A DNA stretch of 32,000 nucleotides from assembly GCF_009727955.1 (NCBI RefSeq), contig NZ_WOBR01000004.1, forward strand, positions 23,849 through 55,848. Reading direction: 5' to 3'. Below the pieces are notes generated by a model. It saw only the letters and a program-made list of their open reading frames with translations. It ran no database searches and had not been told where the DNA came from. Below, piece after piece: positions 1 to 9,117 of the stretch. The stretch's first letter is position 1, and each line of letters begins with the position of its first letter. The position numbers were made by a program, and so were the translations under genes. The stretch comes from Aliivibrio fischeri. Its GTDB lineage: Bacteria > Pseudomonadota > Gammaproteobacteria > Enterobacterales > Vibrionaceae.

Positions 1-12
1 TCAAAATATCAG

Positions 13-39
13 TTAAGCTTTCAGTATTTATGCCGTTAT
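13..39 (+). promoter_or_regulatory. Candidate sigma-28 (FliA) promoter of flagellin 1: TTAA-N15-GCCGTTAT
   Basis: TTAA at 13-16, 15-nt spacer, GCCGTTAT at 32-39; about 35 nt upstream of the ATG at 74. Resembles TAAA-N15-GCCGATAA. Confidence 0.6.
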
Positions 40-73
40 AACTATTAAGATGAAAATAAATTAAGAGATTGTT

Positions 74-1207
74 ATGTCTGTAACGGTAAACACCAATGTG
101 TCTGCAATGACGGCACAGCGATATTTAAATCAAGCAACAGAACACTTAAACCAATCAATGGAACGCCTTTCGTCAGGTAAAAGAATTAATAGTGCGAAAG
201 ATGATGCGGCTGGTTTGCAAATATCAAATCGTTTGAAATCTCAAATGAGTGGTTTGGATGTGGCGGTTCGTAATGCGAATGACGGTATTTCAATTGCACA
301 AACAGCAGAAGGTGCAATGAATGAAAGTACTAATATTTTGCAACGTATGCGCGATTTAGCACTACAGTCTTCTAATGGTTCTAATACGTTACAGGACAGA
401 CAAGCAATTCAAGAAGAAGCGGATGCACTTAACGATGAATTAAATCGTATTGCAGAAACCACTTCTTTTGGTGGCCGACGTTTGTTGAATGGTCAGTTTG
501 GTACATCGACCTTTCAGATTGGTGCCAATGCGGGTGAAGCGGTTCAACTTACTTTAGGTAGTATGCGTTCAGATACACTAGCGATGGGTGGGTTTCATTA
601 CACATCTCAAAACCAATTAAACAAAGGTTGGACAGTACCAGAAGGTGGTCAAACGCTTACCATGTCATTTAATGATGAAAATGGTAAAACTCAAGAAATC
701 ACGATTGAAGCGAAAGCGGGTGATGATATTGAGGAATTGGCAACGTATATCAATGGGCAGAACGATACTGTTCAAGCTTCTGTTGATGAGAATGGCCAAT
801 TACAGTTATTTACCGCAGGTGATTTAGTCTCAAGTGCGGTGACATTTGGAGGATCACTCTCTGCTGAATTAGCCATTGGTGGTGCTGTATTTGATACTGT
901 TAATGATTTAGACCTAACGAGTGTTGGTGGCTCACAACGTGCTATTGCAACTTTAGATGCAGCAATGGGGTTTGTTGATAAAGAACGAGCAACGTTAGGC
1001 GCTTTCCAAAACCGCTTTGACCATGCTATCAATAACTTGAATAATATTCATGAAAATGTTGCTGCGTCAAACAGTCGTATTGAAGACACAGATTTTGCTA
1101 AAGAAACGGTTGAGATGATGAAAGCTCAAATCTTACAGCAAGTAAGCTCAACGGTACTAGCACAAGCAAAACAAGCACCAGATATTGCTTTAAAACTGCT
1201 TGGTTAA
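74..1207 (+). CDS. Flagellin (paralogue 1 of 4; the most divergent of the four)
   Basis: 377 aa; conserved N-terminus [18 protein letters not shown]...[22 protein letters not shown] and C-terminus ...[24 protein letters not shown]. Paralogue letter (flaB/C/D/E) not assigned from sequence alone. Confidence 0.96.
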   Translation: MSVTVNTNVSAMTAQRYLNQATEHLNQSMERLSSGKRINSAKDDAAGLQISNRLKSQMSGLDVAVRNANDGISIAQTAEGAMNESTNILQRMRDLALQSSNGSNTLQDRQAIQEEADALNDELNRIAETTSFGGRRLLNGQFGTSTFQIGANAGEAVQLTLGSMRSDTLAMGGFHYTSQNQLNKGWTVPEGGQTLTMSFNDENGKTQEITIEAKAGDDIEELATYINGQNDTVQASVDENGQLQLFTAGDLVSSAVTFGGSLSAELAIGGAVFDTVNDLDLTSVGGSQRAIATLDAAMGFVDKERATLGAFQNRFDHAINNLNNIHENVAASNSRIEDTDFAKETVEMMKAQILQQVSSTVLAQAKQAPDIALKLLG

Positions 1208-1235
1208 CTTATACCAATCGACATAACTATTTTTT

Positions 1236-1263
1236 AAACCAGCAATCATTGCTGGTTTTTTTT
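1236..1263 (+). terminator. Intrinsic terminator after flagellin 1
   Basis: CCAGCAAT-C-ATTGCTGG (1239-1255) followed by T8. Confidence 0.85.
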
Positions 1264-1476
1264 CGTCTAAAGAAAATAAAGTAGCTAAAGCGAAATAAAT
1301 AAAGAAATAAGGAGCTAAATCTAAAGGAAGAGGTGGCTAAATCCCTTTTGCATCAAGGTTCTGGCTAATACTTGGTCAAAAGCAAAAAAACTTTAGCTAT
1401 TTTTTAGTCAATTGTAAAAAACTTTGAAGCACGATCATAGTTCATAAAGTAATCATCTATTTTATAAATAAATCGA

Positions 1477-1503
1477 TAAAGGTTTATTTTTAACCGTCGT
1501 TAA
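1477..1503 (+). promoter_or_regulatory. Candidate sigma-28 promoter of flagellin 2: TAAA-N15-GTCGTTAA
   Basis: TAAA 1477-1480, 15-nt spacer, GTCGTTAA 1496-1503; same architecture as upstream of flagellin 3. Confidence 0.65.
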
Positions 1504-1605
1504 GTTAAGTATCAGGCACTAATAGCAATCAATTTAGTGTCGAATAATAAAGCTCAGTTTTCCGAACTACGGAAAACAATCGGAAAACTAAACGGAGATA
1601 CCACT

Positions 1606-2739
1606 ATGTCGATTACAGTAAATACTAACGTATCAGCAATGACAGCTCAGCGTTACTTGAACAATGCAACGGATGGCGTGAATCAATCAATGGAACGTCT
1701 ATCTTCTGGCTTTAAGATTAACAGTGCAAAAGATGATGCTGCTGGCCTACAGATTTCAAACCGTTTGACGTCACAATCTCGTGGTTTAGATGTAGCTGTA
1801 CGCAATGCAAACGATGGTATTTCAATTGCACAAACTGCTGAAGGTGCAATGAATGAGTCAACAAACATCTTACAACGTATGCGTGACTTATCACTACAAT
1901 CTGCAAACGGTTCAAATACAACTTCTGATCGTGAAGCGATTCAACAAGAAGTTGGTGCGCTTAATGATGAGCTGAACCGTATTGCTGAAACAACCTCTTT
2001 CGGTGGTTCTCGTCTTCTTAATGGTCAATTTGGTACTAAATCATTCCAAATCGGTGCTGATTCAGGTGAAGCGGTAATGCTTAGCCTTAACAACATGCGT
2101 TCAGACTCTGCATCAATGGGCGGAACAAGCTATAAAGCAGAAACGGCACTGGGTGGTGATTGGGCTGTAAATGCTGAGAAATCAGAATTGACTGTTTCTT
2201 ATGTAAACCGTGCAGGTGAAGAGAAAGAGTTAACGATTAATGCTAAGTCTGGTGATGATATTGAGCAAGTAGCGACTTACATCAATGGTCAAACAGATGC
2301 GGTTAATGCGTCAGTATCAGAAAATGGTGAGCTACAAATTGTAACCTCTAACGATAAAGTTCAAGGTGAAGTTAAATTTGGTGGTTCATTAGCTGGTGAA
2401 CTGAATATGGGTGCAGCGCAAGCTGAGACGGTTAAGAGCATCGACGTAACTACGGTAGGTGGTTCTCAGAAGGCTGTGGCTATTCTTGATGCAGCAATGC
2501 AATTTGTTGATTCAAATCGTGCTGACTTAGGTGCATTCCAAAACCGCTTTAGCCATGCGATAAACAACTTAGATAACATTAATGAAAATGTTTCTGCATC
2601 TAATAGCCGAATTAAAGATGTAGATTTTGCTAAAGAAACAACAGAGATGACGAAATCTCAGATTCTTCAACAAGCAAGTTCTTCTATTTTAGCTCAAGCT
2701 AAGCAAGCACCTAACGCTGCTCTTGGTCTATTACGCTAA
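1606..2739 (+). CDS. Flagellin (paralogue 2 of 4)
   Basis: ORF track opens at 1537, but flagellin homology starts at [18 protein letters not shown] (ATG 1606) with SD-like CGGAG just upstream; C-terminus [13 protein letters not shown]. Confidence 0.96.
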   Translation: MSITVNTNVSAMTAQRYLNNATDGVNQSMERLSSGFKINSAKDDAAGLQISNRLTSQSRGLDVAVRNANDGISIAQTAEGAMNESTNILQRMRDLSLQSANGSNTTSDREAIQQEVGALNDELNRIAETTSFGGSRLLNGQFGTKSFQIGADSGEAVMLSLNNMRSDSASMGGTSYKAETALGGDWAVNAEKSELTVSYVNRAGEEKELTINAKSGDDIEQVATYINGQTDAVNASVSENGELQIVTSNDKVQGEVKFGGSLAGELNMGAAQAETVKSIDVTTVGGSQKAVAILDAAMQFVDSNRADLGAFQNRFSHAINNLDNINENVSASNSRIKDVDFAKETTEMTKSQILQQASSSILAQAKQAPNAALGLLR

Positions 2740-2792
2740 TTTATTAGGCGATTTAAATAACTTCTAAGGTAATAGTGCTCTCACACTATGCC

Positions 2793-2820
2793 AAAGCCGG
2801 GGCTTGCCTCGGCTTTTTTT
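2793..2820 (+). terminator. Intrinsic terminator after flagellin 2
   Basis: AAAGCCGGGGCTTGCCTCGGCTTTTTTT: GC-rich stem followed by a T-run. Confidence 0.85.
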
Positions 2821-3030
2821 GTTTATAAAACCATCAATAAATATCTATTTCTCTCTAAATTAGGTGATTTTCCTCACGTTTTATCTGGGATTTAAATTAT
2901 TTTCGTTTTTTTTGCATTTTTCTCTAAAGAGTTTCCGATTGCGAGCGATAACTTAATTACAAGGCACAGTGACTAAGAAAAAGCTTAAAAATTCTTAAAA
3001 AAGAAAAGCTTAAAAAATTAAAAGTTTTTC

Positions 3031-3057
3031 TAAAGTAATTTGAAAGTAGGTCGCTAA
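3031..3057 (+). promoter_or_regulatory. Candidate sigma-28 promoter of flagellin 3: TAAA-N15-GTCGCTAA
   Basis: TAAA 3031-3034, 15-nt spacer, GTCGCTAA 3050-3057; followed by GTTAAGTATCA, shared with the flagellin 2 leader. Confidence 0.65.
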
Positions 3058-3134
3058 GTTAAGTATCAACGATGAACAATACGGTTACCGGTCCAGGAGC
3101 GGAGTGATTCGGAACCAAAGTGGAGAAATAAATT

Positions 3135-4262
3135 ATGTCTATCAATGTAAACACAAACGTATCAGCAATGACAGCACAGCGTTACCTAAGCAACGCAACT
3201 AACGACCTAAACAGCTCAATGGAGCGTTTGTCTTCAGGTCTTAAAATTAACAGTGCTAAAGATGATGCAGCGGGTCTACAAATTTCAAACCGTTTAACAT
3301 CTCAAACTCGTGGTTTAGATGTTGCAGTTCGAAATGCAAATGATGGTATCTCAATGGCGCAAACTGCTGAAGGTGCGATGAACGAAACAACGAACATCCT
3401 TCAACGTATGCGTGATTTATCACTTCAATCAGCTAACGGTTCAAATACACATGCAGACCGTACAGCGATTCAAGAAGAAGTGGTTGCTTTGAATGACGAA
3501 TTAAACCGTATTGCAGAAACAACATCGTTCGGTGGCTCACGCCTACTTAACGGCCAGTTCGGTACTAAATCTTTCCAAATCGGTTCAGATTCAGGTGAAG
3601 CGGTAATGCTTACTCTGAACAACATGCGCTCTGATACAACAGCGATGGGTGGTTCTACTTACTCAGCGACTGAAGGTAAAGATTCAAACTGGAAAGTGGG
3701 TGCTGAAAATACAGAATTAACAATGAACTTTGTTGATAGCAAAGGTGAAGAACAAAACATCACTATCAATGCAAAAGCTGGTGACGACATTGAAGAAGTA
3801 GCAACTTACATCAATGGTCAAAGCGATGCAGTAAATGCTTCTGTAACTGAAGACGGCAAATTACAAATTTTTGCAGCAGCAGATGCAACTGATATTGAAT
3901 TCAGTGGTTCATTAAGCAATGAACTGGGTATGGGTAATAAAGTATCTGACACAGTTAAGAGCATCGATGTAACAACCGTTGGTGGTTCACAAAAAGCAGT
4001 AGCAATTCTTGATTCAGCAATGCAATACGTTGATTCAAACCGTGCTGATTTAGGTGCTTTCCAAAACCGTTTCAACCACGCTATTAACAACTTAGAAAAC
4101 ATTAACGAGAACGTGAATGCGTCTAACAGCCAAATCAAAGATGTTGATTTTGCTAAAGAAACGACAGCAATGACGAAATCTCAAATCCTGCAACAAGCGA
4201 GCTCGTCTATTCTTGCTCAAGCTAAGCAGGCACCAAATGCAGCATTAGGCCTGTTGGGCTAA
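3135..4262 (+). CDS. Flagellin (paralogue 3 of 4)
   Basis: 375 aa, [54 protein letters not shown]...; SD-like GTGGAG upstream. Confidence 0.97.
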   Translation: MSINVNTNVSAMTAQRYLSNATNDLNSSMERLSSGLKINSAKDDAAGLQISNRLTSQTRGLDVAVRNANDGISMAQTAEGAMNETTNILQRMRDLSLQSANGSNTHADRTAIQEEVVALNDELNRIAETTSFGGSRLLNGQFGTKSFQIGSDSGEAVMLTLNNMRSDTTAMGGSTYSATEGKDSNWKVGAENTELTMNFVDSKGEEQNITINAKAGDDIEEVATYINGQSDAVNASVTEDGKLQIFAAADATDIEFSGSLSNELGMGNKVSDTVKSIDVTTVGGSQKAVAILDSAMQYVDSNRADLGAFQNRFNHAINNLENINENVNASNSQIKDVDFAKETTAMTKSQILQQASSSILAQAKQAPNAALGLLG

Positions 4263-4506
4263 TCAGCATAGTAAACACTTGTGAGAATGTGAGCTTATGC
4301 CATCTGCAAAGTTCAATCCCAACAGGTTATAAGTGAGTCTGACTTACTTTATAAAAATTAAACTTAGGCTATCTCGCGATGTATTTTGTAGAGGTGAGAG
4401 TCTACAAAGTATATAGAGATACGCTTTTAAATATATGTGAGAAACAATGGCTGGGGCGGAGGATGAGACCAAACCACCATTGCACTTTCCCTTAGGAGAT
4501 CTATTT

Positions 4507-5643
4507 ATGTCTATTACAGTAAATACTAACGTATCAGCAATGACTGCACAGCGTTACTTAAACAGCGCAACTGATGGCGTTAACCAATCTATGGAACGTC
4601 TATCATCTGGTAGCAAAATCAACAGTGCTAAAGATGACGCAGCTGGTCTACAAATCTCTAACCGTCTAAACACGCAAACTCGTGGTCTAGACGTAGCGGT
4701 TCGTAACGCAAACGACGGCATCTCTATGATGCAAACTGCTGAAGGCGCAATGAAAGAGACTTCAAACATCCTTTCTCGTGTACGTGACCTAGCACTGCAA
4801 TCGTCAAATGGTTCAAACACTGACGCTGACCGTCAAGCGATCCAACAAGAAGTTACGGCTCTTTCTGACGAAATGAACCGTATCGCTGAAACAACTTCTT
4901 TCGGTGGCACACGTCTACTTAACGGTAACTTCGGTACTAAATCTTTCCAAGTTGGTGCTGATTCAGGTGAAGCAGTAATGCTTACTCTAAACAACCTACG
5001 TGCAGACGAAGCAAACATGGGTGGTAAAACATTCACAGCTTCTGAAGGTGTTGCTGCTGGTTGGACTGCTGGTAAAGATGCAAACATGACTATCACAATC
5101 GCTGATAAGAATGGTGAAGAGCAAGCTATCGAAATCAACGCTAAAGCTGGCGACGATATCGAAGAAGTTGCAACATACATCAACGGTCAAACTGACAAAG
5201 TTAGCGCTTCTGTTGGCGAAGATGGCAAACTACAAGTATTCGCAGCTAAAGACGTTGCAGAAGGCGAAATCAGCTTCTCTGGTGCTCTAGCTAAAGAAAC
5301 TGGTATGGCTGATGCTGAAGTTGCAAACAAAACTGTTGGCAACATCGACGTAACTACAGTTGCTGGTTCTCAAAACGCAGTAGCAGTTGTTGACGCAGCA
5401 ATGAAATTTGTTGATAGTCACCGTTCTGAACTAGGTGCTGCTCAAAACCGTATGGGTCACACAATCAGCAACTTAGACAACATTAACGAAAACGTTTCTG
5501 CTTCTAAGAGCCAAATCAAAGACGTTGATTTCGCGAAAGAAACAACTGAAATGACTAAGTCTCAAATCCTACAGCAAGCAAGTTCTTCTATCCTTGCTCA
5601 AGCTAAGCAAGCGCCAAACGCTGCTCTAGGTCTATTACGTTAA
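4507..5643 (+). CDS. Flagellin (paralogue 4 of 4)
   Basis: Flagellin homology begins at [18 protein letters not shown] (ATG 4507, SD TAGGAG); the upstream extension from 4447 has no flagellin similarity. Strongly biased codon use. Confidence 0.96.
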   Translation: MSITVNTNVSAMTAQRYLNSATDGVNQSMERLSSGSKINSAKDDAAGLQISNRLNTQTRGLDVAVRNANDGISMMQTAEGAMKETSNILSRVRDLALQSSNGSNTDADRQAIQQEVTALSDEMNRIAETTSFGGTRLLNGNFGTKSFQVGADSGEAVMLTLNNLRADEANMGGKTFTASEGVAAGWTAGKDANMTITIADKNGEEQAIEINAKAGDDIEEVATYINGQTDKVSASVGEDGKLQVFAAKDVAEGEISFSGALAKETGMADAEVANKTVGNIDVTTVAGSQNAVAVVDAAMKFVDSHRSELGAAQNRMGHTISNLDNINENVSASKSQIKDVDFAKETTEMTKSQILQQASSSILAQAKQAPNAALGLLR

Positions 5644-5713
5644 TCGTTGATTAATTGATAATACTAAAATAGGTAGGTGGGCGGCTTCATCGTCTACCCA
5701 CTTACTGAAATAT

Positions 5714-5746
5714 GACAGCAGGACCGCTCCTCTTGCTGTCTTTTTT
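5714..5746 (+). terminator. Intrinsic terminator after flagellin 4
   Basis: GACAGCA-GGA-ccgc-TCC-tct-TGCTGTC followed by T6. Confidence 0.85.
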
Positions 5747-5766
5747 CGTATTAGGAGGAAAATACT

Positions 5767-6186
5767 ATGGATTCATCATTTGTATCTTCAACAATCCACT
5801 CCACACCCCCTTCAAATAACGGCACGCAAATTGCTAGTTCTAATGTGCAACCAGCATCATCTGTTTATGTAGATAACAAAGCATCGCTTATCGAAGGTAC
5901 AGAACCTTTAACCGCTAGCGAAGCCATTGTTGCAGAAGCAGAACAAAAGCTTGAAACGAAAAAGAAAGAAGCACTTCATAAAGCAGTAGAAGAGCTTAAT
6001 GAATACGTTAAAAGCATGGATCGAGGACTATCGTTTCGCCTAGATGAAGAGTCAGGGCGGCAGGTTATTACCGTTTTTGAAGTCAGCAGCGGTGATATCA
6101 TTCGACAAATTCCCGATGAAAAGATGTTGGAAGTTGCTAGAGATTTAGCTGCCAGTGCATCTGGATTGATAGCTGAGAGGATTTAA
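5767..6186 (+). CDS. flaG: FlaG family protein
   Basis: 139 aa; conserved ...YVKSMDRGLSFRLDEESGRQVITVFEVSSGDIIRQIPDEKMLEVARDLA; located between flagellin and fliD. Confidence 0.92.
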   Translation: MDSSFVSSTIHSTPPSNNGTQIASSNVQPASSVYVDNKASLIEGTEPLTASEAIVAEAEQKLETKKKEALHKAVEELNEYVKSMDRGLSFRLDEESGRQVITVFEVSSGDIIRQIPDEKMLEVARDLAASASGLIAERI

Positions 6187-6210
6187 ACCGTTAATTGAGG
6201 AAAGCGATTC

Positions 6211-8181
6211 ATGAGTGTTAGCCCGATGGGGATGGGTGGTGGCCTAGATATTAATTCTATGGTGAGCAAAATAGTTGAAAGCGAGCGCTTACCTAAGCAG
6301 CAGCGCATCGACCGTGAACGTTCAGACATAGATACTAATATTAGTGGTTACGGCCGTCTGCAAGAATCATTAGATACCATGAAGAATCTTATGACGACTT
6401 TCCGTCAAGACGACACATTTGCATCGAGAACTATCTCAAGTAGTGATGAAGATGTAGTTAGTGCTACGGCGAGCCCTGATGCACTTGCGGGTCGTTATAC
6501 TATTGACGTTTTACAACTTGCTCAAGCTCAAAAGCTAGCATCGTCTCCTATTCGTGATGATGCTAAATTTGGCCCGGGTAAATTAGAAATATCGCTAGGT
6601 AAGAAATCATTTACCATCGATGTTGTCGGCCAAAATAATAAAATTACTGACATTTTAAAACAGATTAACAGTGCACCTTCAAATCCAGGTGTGCAAGCTT
6701 CTATCGTAAAAGACGATGGTGGCTCTCGTTTAATTCTCGCATCTGATAAGCCAGGCGAAAGTAATAAAGTTAAAATTGAAGTTGATGCAAAATACAATAA
6801 CCAATTGCATCGATTTGCGTTTAACCCTGACTTTGATCCAACGGTATCAACGAAGTTTGATATTCCAACATTGCTTCAATATCAGCAAGTGCCTGAAGTT
6901 GCCGCTCAACAAGTTCGTGAGCCAATTACAGAGCAAGAAGTACCAGAGCTGAGTGACGAAGAAAAATACGCTTACTTTAAACCTTTAATTGATTATGCCA
7001 ATCGTGAATTAGCTCGTGAAGAAAAAGCAGCTAAAGAAATCATGATGCAGCAAGAAGCAACAGCGGCATTAGCGACGTTAGAAGATCCAACCGATCCAAC
7101 ATCTGGCATGTCAGGATGGAGTGAGCGAACTGCAGGAACACTGCAAGCGGCACTTCCAAATGAAGATGAAAAGATTGAATTAGCTAAAGCGGCAAAGCAA
7201 GGCGATCAAGATGCAGCTGAAGCACTTGCAGAAATTGGACAAACGCCAGATACAGTTTTCCAAGCTGCGGGCATTACTTATGAAGCGCCTCAGAAAGAAG
7301 CACCGAAAAAAGAAATTGTTGATATAGCAAAAGAAAAAGTAGAAAAACTGCCGCCAACAATTAAAGAAATAGCAAAAGAAAAATTAGAACCGATTGAAAA
7401 GGTTGTAGAGACCATTAAACCAGAAGGTCCACGCAAACCTTTATATTCTGGTCTTCAAGAAGTTCAATCGGCAAGCAGTGCAAAAGTGGTCTTGGATGGC
7501 GTTGCAAGAATAAGCAGTGACACCAATGTTATTCAAGATGCGGTTCAAGGTGTTGATATCACTTTAAAAGGTACAACAGCTGAAGCAAGTAAGCGTATCG
7601 ATTTAGATGTGCAGTTTGATAGAGATACTGTAAAAGCTGCTATCGAACAATTTGTTAATACTTACAATCAGTTCTATGAAACCACTAAAGCATTGAGTGG
7701 TTTTGATCCGGCAACAGGTCAAAGTGGTCCTCTTGCGGGAGACAGTGTCGTGCGTTCGGCTGAGTCTCGTTTAAAATCTGTGTTTGTCGCGCCAGTCGAA
7801 TCAGCGCCTACAGGGATAAAAACTCTGATAGAGCTTGGTATTTCAACAACTCGACAAGGCACACTTGAAATAAATCAGTCAATGTTAGATCGTCAATTGA
7901 ATGAAAATTTCAGTCAATTGCATACCTTCTTTGGTGGCTCAAAAGGTTTTGCAAAAAAGGTTGAAGACGTTATTCAAAGTATGACAGGGGTGAGTGGTCC
8001 AATTCGTACGCGAATGAATACGATGCGAGATCAAAACTATCGTCTTAATGATCAGCAGGTTGATTTAGATCGCCGAATGGAAAGTCTTCAAGAACGTACG
8101 CGTAATAAATTTGCCAATATGCAAGATGTAACCGGAAAAATGAAAGCGCAGTTATCAGGTATGATGAATGCGTTGGGTTAA
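6211..8181 (+). CDS. fliD: Flagellar hook-associated protein 2 / filament cap FliD (long, Vibrio type)
   Basis: 656 aa; N-terminal GLDINSMVSKIVESERLPKQQRIDRERSDIDTNISGYGRLQ and C-terminal FliD domain; interior enriched in E/K/A. Confidence 0.94.
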   Translation: MSVSPMGMGGGLDINSMVSKIVESERLPKQQRIDRERSDIDTNISGYGRLQESLDTMKNLMTTFRQDDTFASRTISSSDEDVVSATASPDALAGRYTIDVLQLAQAQKLASSPIRDDAKFGPGKLEISLGKKSFTIDVVGQNNKITDILKQINSAPSNPGVQASIVKDDGGSRLILASDKPGESNKVKIEVDAKYNNQLHRFAFNPDFDPTVSTKFDIPTLLQYQQVPEVAAQQVREPITEQEVPELSDEEKYAYFKPLIDYANRELAREEKAAKEIMMQQEATAALATLEDPTDPTSGMSGWSERTAGTLQAALPNEDEKIELAKAAKQGDQDAAEALAEIGQTPDTVFQAAGITYEAPQKEAPKKEIVDIAKEKVEKLPPTIKEIAKEKLEPIEKVVETIKPEGPRKPLYSGLQEVQSASSAKVVLDGVARISSDTNVIQDAVQGVDITLKGTTAEASKRIDLDVQFDRDTVKAAIEQFVNTYNQFYETTKALSGFDPATGQSGPLAGDSVVRSAESRLKSVFVAPVESAPTGIKTLIELGISTTRQGTLEINQSMLDRQLNENFSQLHTFFGGSKGFAKKVEDVIQSMTGVSGPIRTRMNTMRDQNYRLNDQQVDLDRRMESLQERTRNKFANMQDVTGKMKAQLSGMMNALG

Positions 8182-8212
8182 TGCTGCCTTGTTATTGGTA
8201 TAGAGGTTACCG

Positions 8213-8503
8213 ATGGAATTATTAAAGCAATTAGAAGCGTTAGATCAAGAGTTACAAAACCAATATCGTAGTGAAGATATTAATTTTGAACAATTGGCTA
8301 CTTTTTTAGCAAATCGGGAACAACTCTTGCATGCATGTATGCAAGCGTCAGAAATAGTGGCATCCACTGAATGGCAACTCGCAATTGCACGAACCCAACT
8401 TATTGTTAAAGAGATGACAGAGTTAGGGCAGCAATTTGCACTTGATTATCAAAAACTGAATCATGCGAAGAAATCGGTTCAGTTGTATAGAAAATTTCAA
8501 TAA
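8213..8503 (+). CDS. flaI: FlaI, FliT-like flagellar protein
   Basis: 96 aa helical protein between fliD and fliS, the standard Vibrio position for flaI. Confidence 0.8.
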   Translation: MELLKQLEALDQELQNQYRSEDINFEQLATFLANREQLLHACMQASEIVASTEWQLAIARTQLIVKEMTELGQQFALDYQKLNHAKKSVQLYRKFQ

Positions 8504-8518
8504 AACTGAGGAAATACG

Positions 8519-8929
8519 ATGAGAGGTTCACTACAGGCATATAAAAAGGTATCAATTGATAGCCAATTAAGTGCTGCATCACCTCATAAGGTAATTCAAA
8601 TGCTAATGGCTGGAGCTATTGAGCGTTTAATCCAAGGTAAAGCTGCCATGGAACAAGGCAATACACCAGTTAAAGGCGAGCGTCTTGGCAAGGCATTAGA
8701 CATCGTGATCAGTCTACGTTCGTGTCTATCAATGGACGATGGTGGTGAAATTGCTAGTAACCTAGATTCTTTATACGATTTTATGATCCGCCAAATTTCA
8801 CACGCTAACCAAAATAATGATGGTCAGGCTATTGATGATGTTGTAGAAATGCTACGTGAAATCAAATCAGCTTGGGATCAAATTCCTGCAGAATTTCATA
8901 ATCTTACCGCAGATCAAGTTGGTATCTAA
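8519..8929 (+). CDS. fliS: Flagellar secretion chaperone FliS
   Basis: 136 aa; LSAASPHKVIQMLMAGAIERLIQGKAAMEQGN...KGERLGKALDIVISLRSCLSMDDGGEIASNLDSLYDFM. Confidence 0.95.
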   Translation: MRGSLQAYKKVSIDSQLSAASPHKVIQMLMAGAIERLIQGKAAMEQGNTPVKGERLGKALDIVISLRSCLSMDDGGEIASNLDSLYDFMIRQISHANQNNDGQAIDDVVEMLREIKSAWDQIPAEFHNLTADQVGI

Positions 8930-8991
8930 TTAAACCGATTTTATAAATCAAATTTATTTTTCGATTTTTATACTAACCTCTCATTTACAAC

Positions 8992-9017
8992 ATGACTGTC
9001 GATAAGTAGACAGTCAT
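8992..9017. repeat. Inverted repeat ATGACTGTC-N8-GACAGTCAT between fliS and flrA
   Basis: Perfect 9-bp arms at 8992-9000 and 9009-9017; no immediate T-run downstream. Confidence 0.8.
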
Positions 9018-9117
9018 AGTTGCCTTATTTTTCTTATGCTATAATATGTTGGCAATATTTCGTTGCTGTTCAATGAATAGACCACATAAATCAAAGAATT
9101 AAGGCATATCCACATCT

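Noticed and set aside
1537-1605. N-terminal extension of flagellin 2 ([23 protein letters not shown])
   Set aside because: Flagellin N-termini are strictly conserved from MSITVNTNV, and the extension spans the leader hairpin; ATG 1606 is the real start.
1683-1868. Similar antisense ORFs opposite flagellins (1683-1868, 3818-4138, 4554-4820, 4833-5183)
   Set aside because: Their mutual similarity is explained by conserved sense flagellin sequence and codon usage; no start or SD signals and no independent family match.
4331-4351. Imperfect hairpin AAGTGAGTC-T-GACTTACTT after flagellin 3
   Set aside because: Could be a terminator, but it has essentially no loop and no T-run; not confident enough to annotate.
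4492-4500. TTGCA-like -12 element near 4481 upstream of flagellin 4
   Set aside because: No GG at the required N10 spacing upstream, so it is not a sigma-54 promoter.
4447-4506. N-terminal extension of flagellin 4 ([20 protein letters not shown])
   Set aside because: No counterpart in the paralogues; ATG 4507 has a good SD (TAGGAG).
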